A DNA stretch of 64,000 bases, taken from positions 33,131 through 97,130 of the forward strand of contig CAJJBW010000004.1 in NCBI GenBank assembly GCA_905182515.1, written 5' to 3'. This DNA comes from an uncultured Candidatus Poseidoniales archaeon (lineage in GTDB: Archaea; Thermoplasmatota; Poseidoniia; Poseidoniales; Thalassarchaeaceae). The notes beneath the pieces are model-generated. The model saw only the letters and a program-made list of their open reading frames with translations, ran no database searches and had not been told where the DNA came from. How positions within the stretch are numbered: position 1 is the stretch's first letter; the number at the start of each line of letters is the position of its first letter. The position numbers and the translations under genes are program-made. Below, piece by piece: positions 28,372 to 37,964 of the stretch.

Positions 28372-30408
28372 CTATTTCGCTGGTTCAGGAAAATGTTCAA
28401 AAAAAGATTTTGTAAACTTCCCAGTTCTTTGGGAATTACTAGTTTGCCTTACTTGAATGGAGTCAGGCATGCAAATTTTATAATTTCTATTTAATAACCT
28501 ATTTTCCAATAACAATACCAAAGCCCTATCTTCTCCTTTTCTTATTGGCCTACCAATTGCCTGCATTAAACTATTGACTGCTGGTTGAGAACTTGCGTAC
28601 CTCCAAGCCAAAATATTGCCAAAGCGTTTCTCATAATATGCTTTCAATGCATCTTGTCTAGCACTAGGGGGTGCGAGGGGCAACCCAACACATATTACTA
28701 CTTCCAATATATTTTCAGGGTAATCTACACCTTCAGAAAACTTCCCCCCTAAGACTCCTACTAATAGGCACCTTTGCCCCTTTTCTCTTTTATTATGTAA
28801 TTCTTGAACTCTTTTGCCAACATCTCCTTTTGACATCATTCTTCTTTCTTTAATTATTCCAATGCCCCAAGGTACCCTAAGTCCATCATCATTGTCCATA
28901 ATATTCTCTAGCATCATGTAACTTGGGAAAAATAATGCAACATGCCCTCTAGATTTATCAATTGCTGAAATAATATGTTCTCTTATGTTCTTTGTATTCT
29001 TTAGGCCCCTATTTGTAAATTTTGTCGTCACATCTCTAGCAATTAAGATAGGTCTCCTATTTGATAAGAAATCTGATTTATATTCTTTACAAATACATTT
29101 TCTATTCGTGGGAATTTGAAGTATATCTGAATACATCGCAGGAGGGAATAATGTCCCTGACATAATTATTGAACCACTAGATTTTTCAAATAAAGGTCCA
29201 CTAACAGCCCCAGGGTCAAGTAAGAAACTACGAACGATAATTTCATCTCTTTCTCCGATTTTATCTATAACTAGTGCTAATGCCGGGCTATCTTTGTATT
29301 CAATACAAGTTTCTAACATCTCTCCCAATCTTGAACAAGCAGTATTATTGTCTGAACCAGATTCTATAGAATCATCACTATCTACTTTAACCTGAAATAA
29401 TTGATTTATCATTCTCCTCATGATAGCAAAATTTTCATTTTCATTTATCTCTAATGTTTCCATTAGAATTGAATTAATCTCATCTAGAAATTCCCTCGTT
29501 TCAATCTTCATGTCCTTTTTATCTTCTAATTCATCTTCTTTATTTTTAAACCATTTTTTCATATCTTTTCGCAGTTTTTTCAGTTGAATTAGTGTGTCAT
29601 TAATTTGTTTTATTTCATTAGATCCATATGGGTTATCGATATTTATTTGCTTTAATTTGGATTCTTTATCTCCTAAAAATTCTTCAACTTCAAAAGATGC
29701 TTCATCAAATGTCTTATTATTAACTATTCTTTCTAAACCATTTCTTATTCTATCTGGTAAATTGTGCGCTTCATCTACAATTAATATAGTATTTTCTAAG
29801 TCTACTCCCATAGCAGGTAGTGACAATTCCATTACATTTTCAATGAATACATGATTATAATCGCAAACTATTATGTCAGCTCCCTTTGCAGCTAATCTTG
29901 CTGCAGCCCAAGCACATTTATCGCTTTTATGGGCTATTTTAATAATTTCTTCTACATGCATAGGCTCTTCTAAAATTCTATTAACCAAACCCATTCTTCT
30001 TGATTTTCTTGAACTTTCTTCTATGTTTATCTCACATGAACATTCTCCCGTATTGGGTTGAATATTGACACACATCCCTTCTCTGCCTATTATGTCTACT
30101 AACTTGACTTTTGAGGCATCAGAACCTAATCTATTATTTATTGCTTTTATGGTATCTACTACTATTTTGTGTTGTGATTGCCGTCCAGTTAAAAATAATA
30201 TTTTCATTTTATCGGGTCTTTCGAATACAATTTTTAGAGCCGCAGCTAGTGACGCCGCAGTTTTTCCTATACCTGTTGGTGCTGCAGCTAGTAAAAATCC
30301 ATTTTCTTTAAGGGAATTTATGCCATCTTCTAGCATTTCACTTTGTGAAGTTCTAAGGTCATTATGAGCAAAGAACTTTGTCTTGTCTCCCCGTTCCTCC
30401 ACGCTCAT
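28372..30408 (-). CDS. xpd: XPD/Rad3-family (DinG-like) superfamily-2 DNA helicase with a candidate 4Fe-4S domain
   Basis: Motif I: LLAAAPTGIGKTAASL. Motif II: IVDEAHNL. Four Cys between them (GMCVN...GECSCE...SDKCAW) fit the FeS-cluster insertion. C-terminal motifs: GGKFSEGVDY and QAIGRPIR. Confidence 0.8.
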   Translation of the reverse strand: MSVEERGDKTKFFAHNDLRTSQSEMLEDGINSLKENGFLLAAAPTGIGKTAASLAAALKIVFERPDKMKILFLTGRQSQHKIVVDTIKAINNRLGSDASKVKLVDIIGREGMCVNIQPNTGECSCEINIEESSRKSRRMGLVNRILEEPMHVEEIIKIAHKSDKCAWAAARLAAKGADIIVCDYNHVFIENVMELSLPAMGVDLENTILIVDEAHNLPDRIRNGLERIVNNKTFDEASFEVEEFLGDKESKLKQINIDNPYGSNEIKQINDTLIQLKKLRKDMKKWFKNKEDELEDKKDMKIETREFLDEINSILMETLEINENENFAIMRRMINQLFQVKVDSDDSIESGSDNNTACSRLGEMLETCIEYKDSPALALVIDKIGERDEIIVRSFLLDPGAVSGPLFEKSSGSIIMSGTLFPPAMYSDILQIPTNRKCICKEYKSDFLSNRRPILIARDVTTKFTNRGLKNTKNIREHIISAIDKSRGHVALFFPSYMMLENIMDNDDGLRVPWGIGIIKERRMMSKGDVGKRVQELHNKREKGQRCLLVGVLGGKFSEGVDYPENILEVVICVGLPLAPPSARQDALKAYYEKRFGNILAWRYASSQPAVNSLMQAIGRPIRKGEDRALVLLLENRLLNRNYKICMPDSIQVRQTSNSQRTGKFTKSFFEHFPEPAK

Positions 30409-30497
30409 GTTTTACAACGTGAGAATAGAACGACCAAGAAGATTGGCTTTTGTTTATGTGATTAGAGTCTATTTTCAAATCTAATTAAATTAAAGGT

Positions 30498-30520
30498 GTC
30501 TCGTGTGTGTAGCACGAGAC
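30498..30520 (-). terminator. GC-rich hairpin between the small basic ORF and xpd (possible terminator or RNA stability element)
   Basis: GTCTCGTG-tgtgtag-CACGAGAC forms a perfect 8-bp stem with a 7-nt loop. On the minus strand it is followed by ACCTTTAATTTAATTAGATTT. It is flanked by short TG repeats. Confidence 0.3.
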
Positions 30521-30542
30521 GGTGTGTGTTCGATATTCATTA

Positions 30543-30767
30543 TTATCTAAATTTATTTGAGAAACTAATGCCGTATTTACTATCAATACTAATTCCACGA
30601 GGAATTCTTGGAGCATCCTTCGCATCATAGCCCATGGCATTTGATAATCTGGCTCTATGTACAATCCCTCTAAATCCTATTTTGGTATTATTTTTGTTTT
30701 GATGGTTGGCGAGAGAGCGTCCCTTACGCTCTCCCGCATTTTTTTTGTGCACCCCATCGTCGCTCAT
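30543..30767 (-). CDS. Small basic hypothetical protein (74 aa), apparently translationally coupled to the upstream RHH gene
   Basis: The ORF opens at GTG 30776, directly after the RHH stop (TAG, 30779-30777). ATG at 30767 is preceded by AGGTGA at a 5-nt spacing. The product is K/R-rich (MSDDGVHKKNAGERKGRSLANHQNK...) with no recognisable family motif. Confidence 0.4.
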   Translation of the reverse strand: MSDDGVHKKNAGERKGRSLANHQNKNNTKIGFRGIVHRARLSNAMGYDAKDAPRIPRGISIDSKYGISFSNKFR

Positions 30768-30776
30768 TTCTCTCAC

Positions 30777-31127
30777 CTATTGAGCATTCGAATCGTTATC
30801 ATAATGTGCCCGAATCTCTTCTATTCGTGCAGAAAGTACATTATCTACTGTAACTCCTTCTAGAGTTTCTCTGCGAATATATTCTCTTGCTCCTTGCTTT
30901 AGAACATATTCGGCTGTGTCTGAGTGTAATTTACAAAAATCTCGCATTCTAATGGCAAGATCTGGTCCCAAATCAACTTCCACTACCTCATTCATAGTGG
31001 AAAGTGGTGAAGTAAGATATTTCCTTACTGCTTCCCTTATTACATCAGATCTATTTCTCGTCCCATCTAATCCCACTCTAAGATCTAGTTCTAGAAGGTA
31101 ATCTTCTGGAAGTCTGAGTGACACCAT
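30777..31127 (-). CDS. Ribbon-helix-helix (CopG/Arc/MetJ-type) DNA-binding protein with two RHH-like units in one chain
   Basis: Unit 1: MVSLRLPEDYLLELDLRV...RNRSDVIREAVRKYL. Unit 2: VEVDLGPDLAIRMRDFCKLHSDTAEYVLKQGAREYIRRE. GGGAGGG lies about 10 nt upstream of ATG 31127. An alternative ATG at 31160 could be leaderless. The 182-codon ORF-track version (to 31325) adds an implausible hydrophobic extension that overlaps the divergent gene. Confidence 0.6.
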   Translation of the reverse strand: MVSLRLPEDYLLELDLRVGLDGTRNRSDVIREAVRKYLTSPLSTMNEVVEVDLGPDLAIRMRDFCKLHSDTAEYVLKQGAREYIRRETLEGVTVDNVLSARIEEIRAHYDNDSNAQ

Positions 31128-31183
31128 CGGGCTGTTCCCTCCCACTCTGGTGCTCTTCATGAGTATGGCAGAGGAGGTGAGGG

Positions 31184-31225
31184 ATATAAAGATAATGCAA
31201 TTGAAAGACAATTGTATTACAATTA
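31184..31225. promoter_or_regulatory. Divergent promoter region: TATA-like ATATAAAG followed by three CAATT(G/A) hexamers at 11-bp phasing (candidate RHH operator)
   Basis: ATATAAAG at 31184-31191. CAATTG at 31198-31203, CAATTG at 31209-31214 and CAATTA at 31220-25, so the hexamer starts are exactly 11 bp apart. Confidence 0.45.
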
Positions 31226-31305
31226 AGAAAGATATGAAAATATTTATTATCGGGAATAGTTTATTTTCAAGGGCACGGTCGTTTCTCATAAATAGAGGCC
31301 AAAGA

Positions 31306-32619
31306 GTGAAAATCATCAATGACACAATACATGGGCAATTCAGTATTTCTGGAGTGCAAGAAGATTTACTTCAGACTCCGGAAATAAATAAATTAAGCCA
31401 TATAAAACAGTTAGGGCTCGCTCATTTAGTTTTCCCAGGTGCCCACCACACTAGATTTGAACATTCTCTAGGCGTTTCTCATGTAGCGGGAATGATGGCA
31501 GATTCGTTAAATTTAGATGATCAAGAGAAATTGACTGTACAAGTTTCAGCTATGCTGCATGATGTTGGCCATGGTCCATTTTCTCATACATTAGAACATA
31601 TATTACATGAACAAGGAGGGCTTGATCATATGTCTATAACTGAGGGAATTATACTTGGTGAGTATGATATATTAAGAGAAGAAGAGAAATCTAAGAATTT
31701 AAGGGTAAGAATACCTGATATTCTAGAATCTAATGATTTAGATCCTAAAGAGGTTGCGGATTTAATCAGGGGGCCCAACGCTGGCGGTACAGAACGTTCA
31801 TTACTTTCTTGGACCGAGGGTAAAGAAGATTTTGTTGATATTGATAATACTCTGGCTCATTTGGTCCACGGGCCTGTTGATTGTGACCAAATTGACTATT
31901 TATTACGAGATTCACATTTTACTGGAGTTAAACATGGGGTAATAGATCATAGGAGACTAATATCAAGTATGACTAGAAAAGGTGGAGATATTGCAATAAA
32001 AGAAGGTGGTATTACTGCATTGGAAGGTATGTTAATGGCTAGGGGATTAATGTATAGTGCTGTTTACTTCCACAGAGTTACAAGGGTTACAGAAGTAATG
32101 CTTTCCAGTGCGGTCGAGAGAAGTCTTGATACGTTACCAGAATCCCTTGATATGCAAAGATATGTCGATTCAGAAGTTTGGGGGGCATTGAATGCGGCAA
32201 ATGATTACTCAAGAGATATAGTTAGGAGATTTAAGTACCGTAAATTAATGAAAGTGTGCGTAAGCTTACGGCGTCAAGATTTGACCCAAGATCAAGTTAC
32301 TAGGTTAATTGAAATGTCTCAAAATTCCTCTAAAAGACATATATTTGAAGACGATATAGCCAACCGCGCTGGATTACTCCCTGGTTATGTTTTAATAGAT
32401 ATGCCAAGTGCTAAACTGCTCTTATCTGAGCCTAGAATGTCTCAAGTAGATATCAAAATAGTTGGCGATGATGGTAAGACAAGGTGGCTAAGGGAACACA
32501 CTCCAATTGCTGAAGCATTACGAAATCGACAAGTTAGTCAAGCTGCAGTATATGTCATGACTCTCTCAAGTCATAAAAAAATTGTATCCGAGTTAATTAA
32601 ACGACATCTTCTTGTTTAA
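31306..32619 (+). CDS. HD-domain metal-dependent phosphohydrolase (COG1078 / dGTPase-SAMHD1-like fold)
   Basis: Family-typical N-terminus (V)KIINDTIHGQFSIS. Motifs HTRFEHSLGVSHVAG and LHDVGHGPFSH, then DCDQIDYLLRDSHFTGV. GTG at 31306 is preceded by GAGG at 31295-31298. The ORF-track start at 31150 would overlap the divergent promoter. Confidence 0.8.
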   Translation: MKIINDTIHGQFSISGVQEDLLQTPEINKLSHIKQLGLAHLVFPGAHHTRFEHSLGVSHVAGMMADSLNLDDQEKLTVQVSAMLHDVGHGPFSHTLEHILHEQGGLDHMSITEGIILGEYDILREEEKSKNLRVRIPDILESNDLDPKEVADLIRGPNAGGTERSLLSWTEGKEDFVDIDNTLAHLVHGPVDCDQIDYLLRDSHFTGVKHGVIDHRRLISSMTRKGGDIAIKEGGITALEGMLMARGLMYSAVYFHRVTRVTEVMLSSAVERSLDTLPESLDMQRYVDSEVWGALNAANDYSRDIVRRFKYRKLMKVCVSLRRQDLTQDQVTRLIEMSQNSSKRHIFEDDIANRAGLLPGYVLIDMPSAKLLLSEPRMSQVDIKIVGDDGKTRWLREHTPIAEALRNRQVSQAAVYVMTLSSHKKIVSELIKRHLLV

Positions 32620-32650
32620 CTCTACTCTACTAATCAAGTATCCTCTCTGA

Positions 32651-32670
32651 TTTTTTCAGCACATTATTCA
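32651..32670 (+). promoter_or_regulatory. T6 tract plus CAGCACATTAT motif upstream of gdhA (possible terminator of the upstream gene and promoter element)
   Basis: TTTTTTCAGCACATTATTCA here versus TTTTTT-AGCACATTATATG at 37852-37870: 16 identical nt with one indel. The 11-mer TTCAGCACATT also occurs at 2142-2132 on the minus strand. Confidence 0.35.
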
Positions 32671-32684
32671 AAAGCAATTGTTGA

Positions 32685-34094
<1,410 letters not shown>

Positions 34095-34121
34095 TTAAAA
34101 CTTCATTTTGACAATAATTGA

Positions 34122-35813
34122 TTACTTCCTATTTACTAAGAAATATCCTATGGATATTATGCCAATTATCAATGCAATCATAATGGGCATAATGTATGAG
34201 AGTCCTTGACCATCTTCAGATGCCTTTTCCCAATTTATAGTGGAACTAATAAGATTTCCTCCTCCAAAAGAATCTTCTTTGACTAATTGAGTAGGAGTCA
34301 ATATTTTACAATCTAATTGCTCCGCACCGGGATTAATACTTTGCCAATTAAATATTATTTCTCCAGTTTCCCTTGGGGCTATTATCGAATTAGGAAAACT
34401 GTCAGTTTGAGCCATTTCTCCAGTACTATTTATGTAACAAGATATTGCTAAATGAGCTGCAGCATCGCCATTATTTATTATTTTAGCAACCATTTTTATT
34501 GAGCCCAAAGATGAATTAATATTATCTTTTGACTCTAGACTAACCCATTGAATACTTGGTGTATTCTGATCAATTTTTGTAACCATATCATTTCCTAATT
34601 TTATTCCATATGTGCCATAGTTTCCTATTTCAGAATTCTCAGGATTCCATGCAGTCCTATATTTAATCACATTTATTATAGCATCTTCACTCCAAGTAGC
34701 ATCATTTGCCCAAATATTGTCATCTGACCATTCTATTTCGACAATTCTCTCTCTACCTCCGTCTATATATGAGATTCCTTCTTCATTACTAAAATTAGTA
34801 TACTTGTTTATGCCGTAAAGTCCTAAGATTTGATATTCGACATACACAGCATCGAATTCTAAGTATTGCCCCTTAATTCTCCTTTCCCATTTATCTGTCA
34901 ATCCACCGGAACCGGATACTTCATCCCCCCATAGTATCATACTTTCTGGAAATGCTCTTATGTCATGATCATCTAAACTACTAGTAAATTTTGATTCCCC
35001 TGAGATTTTAATTACTGAATTATCATGCTCTATTAAAATTGGTCCAGATCGATCCAAATGGGTGTCAATAAGATTAATTTCACCAGTTGACTTTATTTTG
35101 GCACCCATTATATTTGAATTATAAGAATAAAACATACCTGAAACATGAATTTCATAATTTCTTTCTCCCGTTGCCTTCATATTACGATAATCCATTTGAA
35201 TTGCATTGTATTCTATTATCAATTCACCATGTCTAATTTTCACTTTACTTATTGATACTGGAGTAGTACATCCATATCCTTGCAATCCTATTTCGACTAT
35301 CCCATCTTGATTATTAAATGAATAAGAAAATTCCGTACCATTCAATAATATTATTTCTTCGCCAATATATGCGCTAGCTCCATTAAAGCTAGTACCATAT
35401 GAAGCTTCAATTATGACTTCAAAGTCATTATCATAATTTTCTCCATGTATTATTAAGGCTGACCTGTTATATGAGTCGCAATATCCATAACCAATTAATC
35501 CGGTTGGCATATTTTCAGATAATAATGTCGAATTGTCAATAATTAATTTTCCGCCTTCATCAACTTCTATGCTAGAACCAGATGAAATAGTTAACTCTGA
35601 ATTGCTTATAGTCAATTTTCCCCCATTAATTATTTTTAAATTACCTTCTAAAAAATCATCTTCAACCCATGTTACATCTGAGTCTATTAGAATTATTTCT
35701 CCATCTTGACCTAATACATTTCCAGAAATTATGACACTAGAACAAAGTATTCCGAACATAAAAATACTCATTTGCTTCCTATTCATCATCCTCTCGTGGA
35801 TAGAGATACTCAA
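34122..35813 (-). CDS. Hypothetical surface protein (signal peptide, beta-rich ectodomain, C-terminal TM anchor)
   Basis: N-terminus: MSIFMFGILCSSVIISGNVLG. C-terminus: LSYIMPIMIALIIGIISIGYFLVNRK. Repetitive G/N/S-rich beta-strand-like segments (LKIINGGKLTISNSELTISSGSSIEVDEGGKLIIDNS) suggest a beta-helix. Confidence 0.5.
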   Translation of the reverse strand: MSISIHERMMNRKQMSIFMFGILCSSVIISGNVLGQDGEIILIDSDVTWVEDDFLEGNLKIINGGKLTISNSELTISSGSSIEVDEGGKLIIDNSTLLSENMPTGLIGYGYCDSYNRSALIIHGENYDNDFEVIIEASYGTSFNGASAYIGEEIILLNGTEFSYSFNNQDGIVEIGLQGYGCTTPVSISKVKIRHGELIIEYNAIQMDYRNMKATGERNYEIHVSGMFYSYNSNIMGAKIKSTGEINLIDTHLDRSGPILIEHDNSVIKISGESKFTSSLDDHDIRAFPESMILWGDEVSGSGGLTDKWERRIKGQYLEFDAVYVEYQILGLYGINKYTNFSNEEGISYIDGGRERIVEIEWSDDNIWANDATWSEDAIINVIKYRTAWNPENSEIGNYGTYGIKLGNDMVTKIDQNTPSIQWVSLESKDNINSSLGSIKMVAKIINNGDAAAHLAISCYINSTGEMAQTDSFPNSIIAPRETGEIIFNWQSINPGAEQLDCKILTPTQLVKEDSFGGGNLISSTINWEKASEDGQGLSYIMPIMIALIIGIISIGYFLVNRK

Positions 35814-35879
35814 TGAACCATTCGTTTAATTGAATGCCATAAGGACAACTCTTTGTATAATACATATCAGCATAGGGAT

Positions 35880-36533
35880 ATGAGTGGAGGCGAATTCATT
35901 ATTGATATTCTGACAATTTTGATATTATATGGTCCTGCTTACTTAGCAAATACGGGGGCAATGTTATTCGGTAAATGGATTCCAGAATTAACTGGAATTA
36001 CAAAATTTACTATTGATGGTGGGCGAATATGGTCAGACGGAAATAGAATACTGGGAGATGGAAAATCTTGGAATGGCTTAATTGGAGGCTCATTTTTTAG
36101 TGCAATACTAATGACCTTATCTCATCTGATATGGGATGATAATTCTATGAGCACTAATAAAACATTTATTGACCCTTTAGATTTAGCAAACAATGAAGAT
36201 TGGTTTTGGCTATTCAGTGATTTGGGGGCAGCATTTGTCCTAGGATTCATTCTTGGATTTGCATGTCTATTTGGCGACTCAGTTGGTTCCTTCTTCAAGA
36301 GAAGAAAGGGATTAAAAAGAGAGGGTAAAATAAGTTCTAAAGCACCTATATTAGATACTATTCCCTTTGCCATATCTATATTTGTATTCAGTTTTATTTT
36401 ATTCCCAGGGCAAGTCTTAACTCAAGAGAAATTTATATTACCAATTTGTGCCTTATTAGTACTGACTCCCATTTTACACCGGCTAACTAACGTTCTAGGT
36501 TACAGATTAGGTCTCAAAGATGTTCCATACTAA
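35880..36533 (+). CDS. carS: CDP-archaeol synthase (CarS, DUF46 family)
   Basis: YGPAYLANTGAMLFGK...IDGGRIWSDGNRILGDGKSWNGLIGGSFF and GDSVGSFFKRRKGLKREG...PILDTIPF match the CarS/DUF46 conserved blocks. Polytopic membrane protein. ATG at 35880 is chosen; the ORF opens at TTG 35853. Confidence 0.75.
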   Translation: MSGGEFIIDILTILILYGPAYLANTGAMLFGKWIPELTGITKFTIDGGRIWSDGNRILGDGKSWNGLIGGSFFSAILMTLSHLIWDDNSMSTNKTFIDPLDLANNEDWFWLFSDLGAAFVLGFILGFACLFGDSVGSFFKRRKGLKREGKISSKAPILDTIPFAISIFVFSFILFPGQVLTQEKFILPICALLVLTPILHRLTNVLGYRLGLKDVPY

Positions 36534-36576
36534 TAATTAAGTATATTCTTATTGTTAAGTATCTCCGCATAGGGTA

Positions 36577-37851
36577 ATGGCACTCCTTGATGTATTAATT
36601 ATTGGCAATGGAGGGAGAGAACATGCTTTGGCATTAGGATTAAATGATAGTAATTATGTAAATAATATACACATTGCGCCCGGTAATGTGGGTACTTCAG
36701 AAATAGGTACTAATCACAATATTAATATTTTGGAATCATTAAATATCACTAAACTAGCATCTGATTTAAGTGTAGATTTAGTTGTAATCGGGCCTGAAAT
36801 GCCACTTGTTAATGGTATTGCAGATGATCTTAAAAAATTAAACATCCCGTGTTTTGGACCAGTTTCGATTTGGGCCAATCTTGAGGGCTCAAAACGATAT
36901 GCAAAAGAATTAATGCAATCTTTACATATTCCAACCGCAGATTATGTCACAATTACTGAAGTTTCTGATAATCATGAAATTTTACATCACTTTACTCCAC
37001 CATGGGTGATAAAGAGAGACGTCCTTGCAGGTGGAAAAGGTGTAACTGTTACTACTGATAAAAATATAGCGTTGTCTTCAATTAATGAAGCCATAAAGAT
37101 GGATGGATATGTATTGGTTGAAGAATTTTTAGAAGGTGAAGAAGCATCCATTTTAGTTATGATGGATGAATCAAATTTTGTATGCCTTCCTCCAAGCCAA
37201 GACCATAAACGTTTATCTGACGGCGACAAAGGCCCTAATACTGGGGGGATGGGTGCTTATGCGCCAGCACCAATTGTTACCCCTTCTATATTACAAAGAG
37301 CACAAGAAGAAATAATAGAGCCCATGCATCACTACCTTAGAAATCAAGATTCGCCCTATAGGGGTTGCCTATATGTCGGGTTAATGATCGACCCAAATGG
37401 TGCCCCCAAAGTTGTTGAATTCAATGTAAGACTTGGTGATCCAGAAACTCAAGTTACCATCCCTCTAATTGCTTCTGACTTAGGGGAATTATTATTCTCT
37501 GTTGCTACTGGAAATTTATCTGATTTAGAAGTAATGTTTCATAATTTGTGTTCTGCTACTGTGGTTTTAGCATCTCATAATTACCCCATTAATCCTACGG
37601 TTGGAGATTTAATTTCTGGTAATGATGTTGCTATAGAAGAAGGAGAAACTCACGCATTTATTCATTATGCTGGTACGACTAAAGATGTTGATGGAAATTA
37701 CCTTTCATCAGGCGGTAGAGTTCTGGCCGCCACCGGTATCGCACCTACTTTGAGAGAAGCCGTCGAAGCGTCATATCAGATTATTAACAATATTAACCTA
37801 AAAGGGTCACAATTCCGCTCTGATATAGCATTTAAGGCATTTCGGAAGTAA
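36577..37851 (+). CDS. purD: Phosphoribosylamine-glycine ligase
   Basis: VLIIGNGGREHALA N-terminus. ATP-grasp region with DHKRLSDGDKGPNTGGMGAY. C-terminal GGRVLAATG. Confidence 0.9.
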   Translation: MALLDVLIIGNGGREHALALGLNDSNYVNNIHIAPGNVGTSEIGTNHNINILESLNITKLASDLSVDLVVIGPEMPLVNGIADDLKKLNIPCFGPVSIWANLEGSKRYAKELMQSLHIPTADYVTITEVSDNHEILHHFTPPWVIKRDVLAGGKGVTVTTDKNIALSSINEAIKMDGYVLVEEFLEGEEASILVMMDESNFVCLPPSQDHKRLSDGDKGPNTGGMGAYAPAPIVTPSILQRAQEEIIEPMHHYLRNQDSPYRGCLYVGLMIDPNGAPKVVEFNVRLGDPETQVTIPLIASDLGELLFSVATGNLSDLEVMFHNLCSATVVLASHNYPINPTVGDLISGNDVAIEEGETHAFIHYAGTTKDVDGNYLSSGGRVLAATGIAPTLREAVEASYQIINNINLKGSQFRSDIAFKAFRK

Positions 37852-37870
37852 TTTTTTAGCACATTATATG
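37852..37870 (+). promoter_or_regulatory. T6 tract plus AGCACATTAT motif between purD and the giant aglB
   Basis: TTTTTTAGCACATTATATG starts immediately after the purD stop (37849-37851). See 32651-32670 for the near-identical copy. Confidence 0.35.
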
Positions 37871-37964
37871 AAGTTATCAGGGTGGCTACTCCACGAACCG
37901 TTAAAGCAACCCGTCAATTCGCCGCGATGTTGAGCCTTAAGGCTGCAACGAATGGTGATGAAAA

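Noticed and set aside
31128-31325. Long forms of the divergent ORFs (RHH ORF extended to 31325; HD-hydrolase ORF starting at 31150), which overlap each other
   Set aside because: The RHH fold starts at MVSLRL (31127). The HD family N-terminus starts at (V)KIINDTIHG (31306), with GAGG upstream. The extensions are hydrophobic or low-complexity and would bury the promoter.
31306-32619. HD/SAMHD1-like phosphohydrolase as an anti-viral dNTP-depletion defence gene
   Set aside because: This protein family (COG1078-type HD hydrolases) is a widespread single-copy housekeeping gene in archaea. Nothing in the context (no mobile-element or defence neighbours) supports a defence role.
37953-37960. GTGATGA upstream of aglB as a C box of a C/D-box sRNA
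   Set aside because: No matching D box (CTGA) or terminal stem occurs at a suitable distance. The sequence is better explained as the GGTGAT Shine-Dalgarno element 5 nt before the ATG.
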